From: Escherichia phage ST0
Strand: one strand, 5' to 3'
Length of the DNA stretch: 64,000 nucleotides
Sequence record: MF044457
Made by a program: the position numbers and the translations under genes. Under the pieces are notes generated by a model. The model ran no database searches and was not told where the DNA came from. It was given only the letters and a program-made list of their open reading frames with translations. Each line of letters begins with the position of its first letter. Positions within the stretch are counted from its first letter, which is position 1. Shown piece by piece: positions 19,334 through 31,460 of this stretch.

Positions 19334-20236
19334 ATGTTTAAACGTAAATCTACTGCTGACCTCGCTGCTCAAATGGCTAAACTGAATGGTAACAAAGGTT
19401 TCTCTTCAGAAGATAAAGGCGAATGGAAGCTGAAGCTAGATGCATCCGGTAATGGTCAAGCGGTAATTCGTTTCTTGCCAGCAAAAACTGATGATGCACT
19501 ACCATTTGCAATTCTTGTTAACCACGGTTTCAAGAAAAATGGTAAATGGTATATTGAAAATTGCTCTTCTACACATGGTGATTACGACTCTTGTCCTGTA
19601 TGTCAGTACATTAGTAAAAATGACCTGTACAATACCAACAAAGCTGAATATTCTCAACTGAAACGTAAAACTTCTTATTGGGCTAATATTCTGGTTGTTA
19701 AAGACCCTCAAGCTCCAGATAACGAAGGTAAAGTATTTAAATATCGTTTCGGTAAAAAGATTTGGGACAAAATCAATGCAATGATTGCAGTTGATACCGA
19801 AATGGGTGAAACTCCAGTTGATGTTACTTGTCCGTTTGAAGGTGCTAACTTCGTTCTGAAAGCTAAGCAGGTTTCTGGTTTTAGCAACTATGACGAATCT
19901 AAATTCTTGGGTCAATCTGAAATTCCTCGTATTAATGATGAAGCATTCCAGAAAGAACTATATGACCAGATGGTAGACCTTACCACTTTGACGGCTAAAG
20001 ACCAGTTCAAATCCTTTGAAAAATTAAATGAATCTTTCGCTAAGGTTCTTGGTACTGCCGCTCTTGGTGGTGCAGCAGCCGCAGCAGCTTCTGTTGCAGA
20101 TAAAGTTGCTTCTGACCTTGACGATTTTGATAAAGACATGGAAGCCTTTAGTTCTGCAAAAACTGAAGATGACTTCATGAGCTCTACCTCATCCTCTGAT
20201 GATGGTGACCTCGATGACCTGTTAGCCGGTCTATAA
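19334..20236 (+). CDS. 32: ssDNA-binding protein gp32
   Basis: 300 aa; recalled T4 gp32 similarity including the zinc-binding H/C cluster ([15 protein letters not shown]) and acidic C-terminal tail. Confidence 0.96.
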   Translation: MFKRKSTADLAAQMAKLNGNKGFSSEDKGEWKLKLDASGNGQAVIRFLPAKTDDALPFAILVNHGFKKNGKWYIENCSSTHGDYDSCPVCQYISKNDLYNTNKAEYSQLKRKTSYWANILVVKDPQAPDNEGKVFKYRFGKKIWDKINAMIAVDTEMGETPVDVTCPFEGANFVLKAKQVSGFSNYDESKFLGQSEIPRINDEAFQKELYDQMVDLTTLTAKDQFKSFEKLNESFAKVLGTAALGGAAAAAASVADKVASDLDDFDKDMEAFSSAKTEDDFMSSTSSSDDGDLDDLLAGL

Positions 20237-20243
20237 TAAATCG

Positions 20244-20264
20244 GGAGACTTCGGTCTCCCTTTT
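20244..20264 (+). terminator. rho-independent terminator after gene 32
   Basis: GGGAGAC-TTCG-GTCTCCC hairpin followed by TTTT. Confidence 0.75.
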
Positions 20265-20291
20265 GAGTATCTGTAAATTGCCAAAAAAGAT

Positions 20292-20320
20292 GTTTACTTC
20301 TTCCCTAGATGTGATATTAT
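20292..20320 (+). promoter_or_regulatory. early promoter (GTTTAC, 17 nt, TATTAT)
   Basis: Consensus spacing; about 30 nt upstream of the ORF at 20350. Confidence 0.6.
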
Positions 20321-20349
20321 AGTCCTATCAACAACATGAGGAAATCAAA

Positions 20350-20754
20350 ATGGAAATCGGAAAATCTTATATCATTAACCCTTTGTTTAAAGACGACTTT
20401 GTTCAAGAAGCACCACACAATAACGCTAAGATGTTAAAATTGATTGAACTCCACGGGCCTAGTTTTGTTGTAAACGGAATGGAACCTGATTATGACGGCG
20501 ATACGCCAAACGTAGTAAGTGTAACTATGGAAGATGGTACTGTATGTTCTGCCGGTGGTGAAATTGAAACTTATTTTGAGATTTATCCTGACGAGTTCAA
20601 ATACTTTATTGAGTACTTTACTGAGGTAACTTTAGAAAAGCCTCAACCTACTAACGAAGGTATAACTTTAGGTGTAACAAAAATCCATTGTATCGTAGAT
20701 GAAACCAACGTCGACGAAATCATCAAACTTTTGCAAAAAACTTTTAAAAAGTAG
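20350..20754 (+). CDS. hypothetical protein (134 aa), frd.x-type position
   Basis: ORF with SD GAGGAA. Confidence 0.5.
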   Translation: MEIGKSYIINPLFKDDFVQEAPHNNAKMLKLIELHGPSFVVNGMEPDYDGDTPNVVSVTMEDGTVCSAGGEIETYFEIYPDEFKYFIEYFTEVTLEKPQPTNEGITLGVTKIHCIVDETNVDEIIKLLQKTFKK

Positions 20755-20792
20755 TGTACAATCAGATAGGGTTATGTTATAGTAGCCCTATC
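20754..20792 (+). promoter_or_regulatory. promoter with dyad symmetry (PeSL-like)
   Basis: GTGTAC -35-like, TATAGT -10, inverted repeat GATAGGG/CCCTATC bracketing the -10. Confidence 0.5.
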
Positions 20793-20818
20793 AAATCAAA
20801 AGTGAAGCGGAGAATAAA

Positions 20819-21067
20819 ATGAGATTGCAACGCCAGAGCATCAAAGATTCGGAAGTTAGAGGTAAATGGTACTTCAACATCGTCGGTAAAGACGCTGAAC
20901 TCCTTGAACAAGCTGAAGAAGCTTTACGAGAAATGGGTTGGAACGAAGAATGTGATGGATGTCCACTCTACGAAGATGGTGAAAGTGCAGGATTCTGGAT
21001 TTATCATTCTGACGTCGATCAGTTTAAAGCTGATTGGAAAGTTGTTAAGAAAAATCTGAGGAAATAA
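20819..21067 (+). CDS. hypothetical protein (82 aa)
   Basis: ORF with SD; frd.x-type position. Confidence 0.5.
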   Translation: MRLQRQSIKDSEVRGKWYFNIVGKDAELLEQAEEALREMGWNEECDGCPLYEDGESAGFWIYHSDVDQFKADWKVVKKNLRK

Positions 21068-21069
21068 TT

Positions 21070-21318
21070 ATGAATGTTGTTGTTGAATACTCTCAAGGCG
21101 CTGATGTCGGATATGAAGTTTATACTTCAGTTAATTTAGACCATCCGGATTTGGCCGAATTCATTGGCGACGCATTTGATTTGTCTGGGCGATACACAAC
21201 AAAACCTCGCGTTTGTGTTATAACATTTGACCCGACCGACGGCTGTCAAATCCAGACTGATTTGGTTTCTTCTAAATCACAAATCCAAAAAGTTATTAAA
21301 GGACTTAAAAATGCTTAA
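21070..21318 (+). CDS. hypothetical protein (82 aa)
   Basis: ORF tightly packed between neighbours. Confidence 0.5.
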   Translation: MNVVVEYSQGADVGYEVYTSVNLDHPDLAEFIGDAFDLSGRYTTKPRVCVITFDPTDGCQIQTDLVSSKSQIQKVIKGLKNA

Positions 21319-21898
21319 ATTAGTATTCGCATGTGCTCCGACTAAAACAGTTGATGATAAGCTGGAATATGCTTTTGGATTAGGTGATATGCTTCCATGG
21401 AAGCATATCAAACAAGATATGAGTAACTTTGTTGCTCGCACTAAAAACACTGTAATGGTTATGGGTGCTAAGACTTTTGCATCATTACCTCGTCTACTCC
21501 CAGACCGTACTCATGTGGTTGTCACTGATATGGCCAGAAAACTGCCTAGGACTAAAACTGATGAACTTGCACGGTTCTATATCACCCAATCTGAATTTAT
21601 TACCTTGGTAACAGGTGGTGAAATTAACCTGTTTAGCCATGCAACTGACGTACCGTTTAAACTTTCTACTGAACATGTTGATGTCTCGGTTATTGGTGGT
21701 CCTGCTTTATTAAAACAAGCACTGCCTTATGCCGATGAAATCGTGATGACTAAAATCATTAAGAAATGTCGTGTTAATTCCGATGTTCAACTTGATAAAG
21801 ATTTCGTCCAAGATATTATGCTTCAACGTTCTATGGTAGAATCTCATTACTACAGAATCGATGAACTCACCGAAATTACTGAGAGCGTTTATAAATGA
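21311..21898 (+). CDS. frd: dihydrofolate reductase
   Basis: Start at the internal ATG (MLKLVFA...); recalled T4 Frd similarity (FGLGD.LPW, IMVMGAKTF.SLP.LLP.R.H.VV, SVIGGPALL..ALPYADE). Confidence 0.92.
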   Translation: MLKLVFACAPTKTVDDKLEYAFGLGDMLPWKHIKQDMSNFVARTKNTVMVMGAKTFASLPRLLPDRTHVVVTDMARKLPRTKTDELARFYITQSEFITLVTGGEINLFSHATDVPFKLSTEHVDVSVIGGPALLKQALPYADEIVMTKIIKKCRVNSDVQLDKDFVQDIMLQRSMVESHYYRIDELTEITESVYK

Positions 21899-22755
21899 AA
21901 CAATACCAATACCTGATTAAAGATATCTTAGAAAATGGCTACGAAACAGACGACCGTACAGGTACCGGCACTATTGCCCTGTTCGGAACTAAATTGCGAT
22001 GGGATCTGACTAAAGGATTCCCTGCGGTAACAACTAAGAAATTAGCATGGAAAGCTTGTATTGCCGAGTTACTGTGGTTCATGTCTGGTTCTACCAATGT
22101 TAATGATTTGCGTATTCGTACTCATGGTAGTCTTATTCAAGGTAAAACTATTTGGGACGACAACTATGAAAATCAGGCAAAAGACCTTGGGTATCATAGC
22201 GGCGAACTTGGTCCTATTTATGGTAAGCAATGGCGTGATTTTGGTGGTGTAGACCAATTAGTTGAAACAATCGACCGTATTAAAAAATTACCAACTGATC
22301 GTCGTCAAATTGTTTCTGCCTGGAATCCAGCTGAAATAAATCAAATGGCTCTTCCTCCTTGCCATATGTTCTATCAGTTCAATGTGCGTAATGGTCATCT
22401 TGATTTACAATGGTATCAACGCAGTGTAGATGTTTTCTTGGGTCTGCCGTTCAACATTGCCTCGTACGCTGCCTTGACGCATATTGTAGCGAAGATGTGT
22501 AACCTTATCCCAGGTGATTTAGTGTTCTCAGGCGGCAACACGCATATCTACAGCAATCATGTAGAACAATGCAAAGAAGTTCTTCGTCGTGAACCTAAAG
22601 AGTTATGTTCTCTTGAAATTAATTGGCCTAGTAATTTTGAGAATTGGCCTACAAAAATCCAAATGGACTGGGTTACTGGAACGATGACATATTCTGATTT
22701 CGTTCTTAAAAATTACGAATCACATCCAGCTATCAAAGCTAAAATGGCGGTATAA
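21895..22755 (+). CDS. td: thymidylate synthase, uninterrupted
   Basis: 286 aa continuous ORF with thymidylate synthase motifs (active-site LPPCH, DLGPIYG, QWYQRS.D.FLG.PFNIASYA); no intron insertion. Confidence 0.95.
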   Translation: MKQYQYLIKDILENGYETDDRTGTGTIALFGTKLRWDLTKGFPAVTTKKLAWKACIAELLWFMSGSTNVNDLRIRTHGSLIQGKTIWDDNYENQAKDLGYHSGELGPIYGKQWRDFGGVDQLVETIDRIKKLPTDRRQIVSAWNPAEINQMALPPCHMFYQFNVRNGHLDLQWYQRSVDVFLGLPFNIASYAALTHIVAKMCNLIPGDLVFSGGNTHIYSNHVEQCKEVLRREPKELCSLEINWPSNFENWPTKIQMDWVTGTMTYSDFVLKNYESHPAIKAKMAV

Positions 22756-22756
22756 A

Positions 22757-23011
22757 ATGATTTTACGTTTTATTAATTCATATGGCACCACAATTTTTGA
22801 AATGAAAAATCCTACCGAACTGGATATCCCTTCACCGAATAGTGAAATCACAGTTAAAGGTGAACGATTCATTTGCTATTCACATGAACGAATTTATGAC
22901 TATCGTGAATTTTGTGGTGGTTACGGTATAGAAAAAGAACCGTTGGTTTATTTCGATATCACAGTCTTGACACCTAAAGAATACGAAGAAATTATTGCTG
23001 AGGATAATTAA
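22757..23011 (+). CDS. hypothetical protein (84 aa)
   Basis: ORF with one-nucleotide spacing after td. Confidence 0.45.
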   Translation: MILRFINSYGTTIFEMKNPTELDIPSPNSEITVKGERFICYSHERIYDYREFCGGYGIEKEPLVYFDITVLTPKEYEEIIAEDN

Positions 23012-23019
23012 CGCTTCAG

Positions 23020-23052
23020 TTTAAAAGTGTATAATAAATTAACGGGATAAAT
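23020..23052 (+). promoter_or_regulatory. TATAAT -10 element followed by a stem-loop, upstream of nrdA
   Basis: TATAAT 23020-23025; hairpin ACGGGA...TCCCGT at 23032-23052. Confidence 0.4.
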
Positions 23053-23098
23053 ACTATCCCGTTTGGAGTAATGTCTATCAACCTATACTGAGGACTAT

Positions 23099-25354
23099 AT
23101 GCAAGTAACTAAGAGCAGTGGTGTATCCCAAAATTTTGATGCACAGAAAATTATTCAAGTCTTAACTTGGCAATGTGAAGGAACACAAATTGACCCATAT
23201 GAATTGTACGAAGAAATTAAGACCCATCTTGTTGACGGGATGAGCACCAAAGATATCCAGAAGATTTGTATTAAAGTTGCAGCTAACTCGATTTCTGTCG
23301 AAGAACCTGATTATCAGTATGTCGCCGCCAAAGGGCTAATGTTTGCACTCCGTAAAGATGTATACGGACAGTTTGAACCGCCTGCTTTTATCGACCATAT
23401 TTCTTATTGTGTTAATGAAGGCAAATACGACCCTGAGTTGTTGTCTAGATATTCTGCAGAAGAAATCATTTATCTTGATTCTCAGATTAAACATGAGCGA
23501 GATTTTGACCTGACTTATGCTGGTGCTATGCAGCTTAAAGAAAAATATCTAGTTAAAGATAAAACAACTGGGAAGATTTATGAAACTCCCCAGTTTGCTA
23601 TCATGGCTATTGGCATGGCCTTACATCAAGACGAAACTCATGACCGTTTGAAACATATTATTCGTTTTTATGATGCCGTTTCTACTCATCAAGTTTCATT
23701 GCCTACCCCAATTATGGCAGGTGCTCGTACTCCGACTCGCCAGTTCTCTAGTTGTGTAGTTATTGAAGCAGGTGATTCGTTAAAATCTATTAACAAAACT
23801 TCAGCATCAATTATTGAATATATTTCTAAACGAGCTGGTATCGGTATCAACGTTGGTATGCTTCGTGCAGAAGGTTCTAAGATCGGTATGGGTGAAGTTC
23901 GACATACAGGTGTTATTCCATTCTGGAAACATTTCCAAACTGCAGTAAAATCTTGTTCTCAAGGTGGTATTCGTGGTGGTGCTGCTACAGCGTATTATCC
24001 GATGTGGCACTTAGAAGTAGAGAACCTATTAGTTCTGAAAAATAACAAAGGCGTGGATGAAAACCGTATTCGACATATGGACTACGGAATTCAGATTAAT
24101 GACCTTATGATGGAACGCCTTGGTAAAAATGATTATATTACTTTATTTAGCCCTCACGAAATGTCAGGCGAACTATACTACTCGTTCTTTGAAGATCAAG
24201 ATAAATTCCGTGAGCTTTATGAGAAAGCTGAAAAAGACCCGACAATCAGAAAGAAAAGAATCAAAGCACTAGAACTCTTTGAATTGTTCATGACTGAACG
24301 TTCTGGCACTGCTCGAATTTATCCACAATTCGTTGATAACACGAATAACTACACTCCGTTTATTCGCGAAAAAGCTCCAATTCGTCAGAGTAACTTATGT
24401 TGTGAAATCGCTATTCCGACTAATGACGTGAATGGTCCTGATGCTGAAATTGGTTTATGCACATTATCTGCTTTTGTATTAGATAAATTTGATTGGCAAG
24501 ACCAAGATAAAATTAATGAACTTGCTGAAGTACAAGTACGTGCACTTGATAACCTGTTAGACTATCAAGATTATCCGGTTCCAGAAGCTTTAAAAGCTAA
24601 AAAGCGACGTAACTTGGGTATTGGTGTTACGAACTATGCCGCATGGTTAGCTTCTAACTTTGCTTCATATGAAGACGCTAACGATTTGACTCATGAATTG
24701 TTTGAGAGATTGCAATATGGCCTTATCAAAGCTTCAATCAAACTCGCCAAAGAAAAAGGACCTTGTGAGTATTATTCAGACACTAAATGGTCTAGAGGCG
24801 AATTACCTATCGACTGGTACAATAAAAAGATTGACCAAATCGCAGCCCCGAACTACGTCTGTGACTGGGAAGAACTTCGAGCTGAACTCAAAGAACATGG
24901 AATTCGTAACTCAACGTTGTCTGCACTCATGCCTTGTGAGTCAAGCAGTCAAGTATCGAACTCTACAAACGGTATCGAACCTCCGCGCGGTCCAGTAAGT
25001 ATTAAAGAATCTAAAGAAGGCAACTTCCGTCAGGTTGTTCCTAATATAGAACATAACATGGGTCTTTATGACTACGCGTGGAAACTTGCTAAGAAAGGTA
25101 ATAAACCTTATTTGACCCAAGTTGCTATCATGTTGAAATGGGTGTGCCAATCTGCTTCTGCTAATACTTACTATGACCCTGCAGTATTTGAGAAAGGTAA
25201 AGTGCCAATGTCAGTAATGCTTGACGATCTGCTTTACTTCTGGTACTTTGGCGGAAAAAACCTCTACTATCATAACACTCGTGATGGGTCAGGTACAGAT
25301 GACTATGAATTAGAAACACCTAAAGCTGAAGATTGTTCTGCTTGTAAGCTTTAA
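23099..25354 (+). CDS. nrdA: aerobic ribonucleoside-diphosphate reductase large subunit
   Basis: 751 aa; class Ia RNR motifs (catalytic NLCCEI region, C-terminal Cys pair in ...EDCSACKL). Confidence 0.95.
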   Translation: MQVTKSSGVSQNFDAQKIIQVLTWQCEGTQIDPYELYEEIKTHLVDGMSTKDIQKICIKVAANSISVEEPDYQYVAAKGLMFALRKDVYGQFEPPAFIDHISYCVNEGKYDPELLSRYSAEEIIYLDSQIKHERDFDLTYAGAMQLKEKYLVKDKTTGKIYETPQFAIMAIGMALHQDETHDRLKHIIRFYDAVSTHQVSLPTPIMAGARTPTRQFSSCVVIEAGDSLKSINKTSASIIEYISKRAGIGINVGMLRAEGSKIGMGEVRHTGVIPFWKHFQTAVKSCSQGGIRGGAATAYYPMWHLEVENLLVLKNNKGVDENRIRHMDYGIQINDLMMERLGKNDYITLFSPHEMSGELYYSFFEDQDKFRELYEKAEKDPTIRKKRIKALELFELFMTERSGTARIYPQFVDNTNNYTPFIREKAPIRQSNLCCEIAIPTNDVNGPDAEIGLCTLSAFVLDKFDWQDQDKINELAEVQVRALDNLLDYQDYPVPEALKAKKRRNLGIGVTNYAAWLASNFASYEDANDLTHELFERLQYGLIKASIKLAKEKGPCEYYSDTKWSRGELPIDWYNKKIDQIAAPNYVCDWEELRAELKEHGIRNSTLSALMPCESSSQVSNSTNGIEPPRGPVSIKESKEGNFRQVVPNIEHNMGLYDYAWKLAKKGNKPYLTQVAIMLKWVCQSASANTYYDPAVFEKGKVPMSVMLDDLLYFWYFGGKNLYYHNTRDGSGTDDYELETPKAEDCSACKL

Positions 25355-25407
25355 GACTTTTTATTATAATTTACTCATGGATGAGTTAAACTAAGTGAGA
25401 AAATATA

Positions 25408-26586
25408 ATGAGTACAGTTTTTAACACACAACAAGTCGATGTTTTGAATGAACCGATGTTCTTTGGTTCTGGTCTTGGTATTGCGCGTTATGATATTCAA
25501 CGCCATAAAGTTTTTGAAGATTTGACCGAAAAGCAATTATCATTTTTTTGGCGCCCAGAAGAGGTAAACTTGATGTTGGACTCTGCGCAGTTCAATAAGC
25601 TTCCTCAGTTCCAACAGGACATCTTTACAAACAATCTTAAGTATCAATCATTATTAGATTCTATCCAAGGCAGGGCCCCGTCTGCGGTACTTATGGCACT
25701 GATTTCTGACCCTTCATTAGATACATGGGTTGCAACATGGACATTCAGTGAAACTATTCACTCTCGTTCGTATACTCATATTATGCGAAATCTTTATACT
25801 GATCCATCCAAAGTATTTGATGAGATTGTATTAGACGAAGCAATCATGAAACGAGCTGAATCAATAGGTAAATATTACGATGATGTTCTGGTTAAAACTC
25901 GTTATTGGGAAAACGCTAAAGCTGATATCGAATACCAAAAAGAAATTAATGCAGACGAAGACGTTATTGAAGATGCTATTGAGCATGAGACATATTGGAA
26001 GCGTGAGCTAATGAAATCTCTTTATCTCTGTTTGCATGTTATCAACGCCTTAGAAGCTATTCGTTTTTACGTATCATTTGCATGTACCTTTAACTTCCAT
26101 AAAAACATGGAAATTATGGAAGGTAATGCAAAGATTATGAAGTTCATTGCTCGTGACGAACAACTCCACCTCAAGGGTACTCAGTACATTATCCGTCAAC
26201 TTCAATCTGGTACTGATGGTGATGAGTGGGTTCAAATTGCTAAAGAATGTGAACAGGAAGCAGTTGACATTTTTATGGAAGTAAATAGACAAGAGAAGGA
26301 ATGGGCTGCACATCTCTTTAAAGACGGTACATGCCCAGGTATCAATACACAGAGTATGTGTGCTTTTGTTGATTACTTGACTGTGTCTCGTATGAAACAG
26401 TGTGGTTTGCCATGTCCAATTACTGATGCTCCTACAAAGCATCCGTATCCTTGGATTCGTGAATATCTGAACTCTGATTTAGTTCAAGCAGCTCCTCAGG
26501 AAGTTGAAATCAGTTCTTATCTTGTCGCACAAATTGATAATGATGTAGACCAAAATGTAATCAATTCATACAAAAAATATTTCTAA
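25408..26586 (+). CDS. nrdB: ribonucleoside-diphosphate reductase small subunit, uninterrupted
   Basis: 392 aa continuous ORF with ferritin-like di-iron/tyrosyl radical protein features; no intron. Confidence 0.93.
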   Translation: MSTVFNTQQVDVLNEPMFFGSGLGIARYDIQRHKVFEDLTEKQLSFFWRPEEVNLMLDSAQFNKLPQFQQDIFTNNLKYQSLLDSIQGRAPSAVLMALISDPSLDTWVATWTFSETIHSRSYTHIMRNLYTDPSKVFDEIVLDEAIMKRAESIGKYYDDVLVKTRYWENAKADIEYQKEINADEDVIEDAIEHETYWKRELMKSLYLCLHVINALEAIRFYVSFACTFNFHKNMEIMEGNAKIMKFIARDEQLHLKGTQYIIRQLQSGTDGDEWVQIAKECEQEAVDIFMEVNRQEKEWAAHLFKDGTCPGINTQSMCAFVDYLTVSRMKQCGLPCPITDAPTKHPYPWIREYLNSDLVQAAPQEVEISSYLVAQIDNDVDQNVINSYKKYF

Positions 26587-26612
26587 GGACGGGACTTCGG
26601 TCCCACTTTATT

Positions 26613-27023
26613 ATGAAAGATATTGCCGCCGAATATTCCTTTATTAAATATACAGAATTGGAGCTATTAGAAGATGCAACAATTAAAACAGTTGATGTCC
26701 CTAATAAGAAAAATGTCATATACGCTATTGCTATAGATGACGAACTTGTGTATATTGGTAAAACCAAGAATTTAAAGAAACGCATTAACTATTATCGAAC
26801 AGCCATAAATCGAAAAGACCAGACTTCAGATTCAAGAAAATCTCTTATGATTTTGGATGCCTTAATGCAAGGCAAAAAGGTTGAATTCTGGGCCCGCCAA
26901 TGTTTTGACCTTTCAGTCACCAACGAACTTGGTTCAATGACCATCGCAACAATGGACCTTGAAGAACCGCTTTTTATCAAAAAGTTCAACCCGCCTTGGA
27001 ATATCCAACATAAGAAAAAGTAG
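26613..27023 (+). CDS. denA: endonuclease II (GIY-YIG family)
   Basis: 136 aa exactly as in T4; GIY-YIG-type motifs (VIYAIAIDDELVYIGKTKNL.KRINYYR); recalled T4 DenA similarity. Confidence 0.93.
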   Translation: MKDIAAEYSFIKYTELELLEDATIKTVDVPNKKNVIYAIAIDDELVYIGKTKNLKKRINYYRTAINRKDQTSDSRKSLMILDALMQGKKVEFWARQCFDLSVTNELGSMTIATMDLEEPLFIKKFNPPWNIQHKKK

Positions 27024-27052
27024 TTTACATACCACAAGGATTGTGGTACAAT
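27023..27052 (+). promoter_or_regulatory. early promoter with dyad symmetry upstream of rnlA
   Basis: GTTTAC 27023-27028, TACAAT -10, inverted repeat CCACAA/TTGTGG in the spacer. Confidence 0.5.
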
Positions 27053-27070
27053 TTAAAAAAAACTAACTGA

Positions 27071-28204
<1,134 letters not shown>

Positions 28205-28266
28205 TGGTTTACAAACACCAAGGATGGTGTTACTATGGCTTTTATCAACATCACGAGGAGAAAATT

Positions 28267-28767
28267 ATGAATATGCAATTGATTACTAACGATATGGTTG
28301 TGGCAGCATTTGGTGATTCTTCAGATGGAATCAGGGTCTTTAAGAAAGGACGTCCAGTTGGTTATCTTACTGACCTACGTGTTACACTGGCCAAAAATCT
28401 TAAAAAGAAAGTAAAACAAAAAGAGTATTCCACCCGATACGCTGAAGAGAAACGCGAAGCGATGCCGGAAGCAGTTAATGCTATGGTAGAATTTCTTCAA
28501 AACAATTTGTCTAAATACGACGCTAACGTGTTCATTAATATTAGTCAACCAAATGTACATATCGCAGGTATAAAATTCTACATTATTTGCGACCCTCTTA
28601 CCGACAAATTCAACCGCCTCGGAATTTCAAGTCCGTATCATACAGCAGAAGAGTTGTGTGTATTGTTTGAATCGTACAAAATCCAGTGCGATGGTCCGAA
28701 AACCGTTCTTATCAATGGATTATCCCGAGATGAAATCATTGAGATTATTAAAACATGCTTAAAGTAA
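28267..28767 (+). CDS. alc: probable Alc (host transcription unfolding/termination protein)
   Basis: About 166 aa from the SD-preceded ATG; position between rnlA and the spanin genes and size match T4 alc; sequence not independently recognised. Confidence 0.5.
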   Translation: MNMQLITNDMVVAAFGDSSDGIRVFKKGRPVGYLTDLRVTLAKNLKKKVKQKEYSTRYAEEKREAMPEAVNAMVEFLQNNLSKYDANVFINISQPNVHIAGIKFYIICDPLTDKFNRLGISSPYHTAEELCVLFESYKIQCDGPKTVLINGLSRDEIIEIIKTCLK

Positions 28768-29111
28768 ATCCGATTTATACTATAGTAGCAGCTTTTGCTC
28801 TAGTTTCTACGGTAACAATAGTTGTCTTAAACAACAAAGTTGATTCGTTGAATACTGAATTAGCTTCTGTCAAAGAGACCGCTAAAAACAATGCTAAAGT
28901 ATTAGACGACTTCAAGGTTCAGTATCAGTCAATCGAAGAAATGACTTATAAGAACCGTGTTTTAGTTGACCAACTTAAGGCCGAAAATGAAAAGCTCCGT
29001 AAGGATTCGAAGAAGAAGAACGTGGTGGCGAGTAAGCCAGGATTGGTCGAAAAACAAATCAACAAGTCCTTCGATTCCTTTGCAGAAGACCTCAGGAAGC
29101 TCTCAGAATGA
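28755..29111 (+). CDS. pseT.3: i-spanin (inner-membrane spanin subunit)
   Basis: 118 aa; N-terminal transmembrane helix (IYTIVAAFALVSTVTIVVL) followed by a charged coiled-coil region; immediately upstream of a lipoprotein gene. Confidence 0.8.
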   Translation: MLKVNPIYTIVAAFALVSTVTIVVLNNKVDSLNTELASVKETAKNNAKVLDDFKVQYQSIEEMTYKNRVLVDQLKAENEKLRKDSKKKNVVASKPGLVEKQINKSFDSFAEDLRKLSE

Positions 29112-29398
29112 TTAAATTAACCGCAGTTGTATTATTTATTGGCATTTTGGCCGGATGTGCCCAGGATGTGCCTTTAAGCCCTAAAGAAACTTTACATCCG
29201 CCATGGCCAGAATCTATTGTTGAATATAACCAGAAATGGCAAGTAAAGGTTATTGATGGTAATCCATGGGTTGGAATGCCATTTGAAGACTCTCAAGAAT
29301 TTCGTATCTGGTTAAACGACGTAAAAAGATATGTACATGACCAGAAGACTATGTTATGTTATTATCGTAGTGGTTTAAAAGAGGAAAAATGCCAATGA
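29108..29398 (+). CDS. pseT.2: o-spanin (outer-membrane lipoprotein spanin subunit)
   Basis: 96 aa; signal peptide with lipobox LAGC (MIKLTAVVLFIGILAGC); ATGA overlap with the i-spanin gene. Confidence 0.8.
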   Translation: MIKLTAVVLFIGILAGCAQDVPLSPKETLHPPWPESIVEYNQKWQVKVIDGNPWVGMPFEDSQEFRIWLNDVKRYVHDQKTMLCYYRSGLKEEKCQ

Positions 29399-29613
29399 CT
29401 AAAGAACAGCATGAATACATTAAAGGGCTTATCTATGAATCTGAAATGGCGGCCATGATTTACGGGCGACAGATTCAACGATTAGAATCTTTGCCTCCGA
29501 CTAATGACCGCTTGTTAGTTCAGTCTCGTGCTAATCTGAAAAATGAATATCAGAATAAGTGGGCGGTAGCGACTAAAGCTCTTCATGAGTATATTGAATC
29601 TTTAGTAAAATAG
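29389..29613 (+). CDS. hypothetical protein (74 aa), pseT.1 position
   Basis: ORF overlapping the o-spanin stop. Confidence 0.5.
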   Translation: MPMTKEQHEYIKGLIYESEMAAMIYGRQIQRLESLPPTNDRLLVQSRANLKNEYQNKWAVATKALHEYIESLVK

Positions 29614-29647
29614 TTTACAAACTCTCGGGAGCAGAGTATAATGCTCC
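29613..29647 (+). promoter_or_regulatory. early promoter with dyad symmetry around TATAAT
   Basis: GTTTAC 29613-29618, TATAAT 29637-29642, inverted repeat GGAGCA/TGCTCC bracketing the -10; same architecture as the element at 1201. Confidence 0.6.
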
Positions 29648-29670
29648 TATGGATAATTGAGGAAATCTAA

Positions 29671-29969
29671 ATGAAAACAATACTAGAGAATTACGTCAAA
29701 CGGTCTGATGAGTATATTGATATCTGCCGTGGAATGTCACTTGCCAATTATGACAAAGATGCAGCAAAGGCACTAGATGAAGCAGGTAAAGCTCTTCGTA
29801 AAGCTGCTAAAGAAAAAGGGTTGGATTTGCAACAACTCAAAAGTCATATGATTAAATTTATTTCTTCAAACGTTAGAAGTAAGTCAATTAATAAAAACGT
29901 TGCTGAAATTAATAAAGACCGGCGCGAGCATAACATTCGTATTCTTGAAACTTTCTTAGGAATAAAATA

Positions 29970-29970
<1 letters not shown>
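29671..29970 (+). CDS. hypothetical protein (99 aa)
   Basis: ORF with SD GAGGAA. Confidence 0.5.
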
Positions 29971-31056
<1,086 letters not shown>

Positions 31057-31057
<1 letters not shown>

Positions 31058-31248
31058 TGAAACGATTATATGAAGTGATTGAGGCCATCGAACAGCATAA
31101 AGAATATTTGTTTGTAGTATGGCCTTTAGTAAATGGACGGTTCGGTATTGATGTGCTGGACTATGAACATGAAGAATGGTTGGACGGCGGTATATTTGAT
31201 AACGTCGACCAGGCAATTGAATGGTTAAATGAAAACTATGTACGATAA
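31057..31248 (+). CDS. hypothetical protein (63 aa)
   Basis: ORF with TAATG overlap with pseT. Confidence 0.4.
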
Positions 31249-31453
31249 ACATCATGAAATCGAAGATGAAGCATACAAAATGCTTCGTAAACTAGTGGGA
31301 CTTAATATGAGTCCTACATTAATCAACAAACTCGCAGGAATTCGTAATGATCTGAATACTCGTTACAAAGGTGAATATCATGTAGAGTTTGTTCCTGTAG
31401 GTGAACCGACCGAGCGATTTGTTGTTCGAGTTAAAGTAAATACTGTACACTGA
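31229..31453 (+). CDS. hypothetical protein (74 aa)
   Basis: ORF in the cd.x-type island. Confidence 0.4.
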   Translation: MKTMYDKHHEIEDEAYKMLRKLVGLNMSPTLINKLAGIRNDLNTRYKGEYHVEFVPVGEPTERFVVRVKVNTVH

Positions 31454-31460
31454 GGTAATT

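Noticed and set aside
19499-19915. 138-aa minus-strand ORF inside gene 32
   Set aside because: Antisense within gene 32, which matches T4 gp32 along its length.
26074-26442. 122-aa minus-strand ORF inside nrdB
   Set aside because: Antisense to nrdB; AT-rich sequence gives long chance ORFs.
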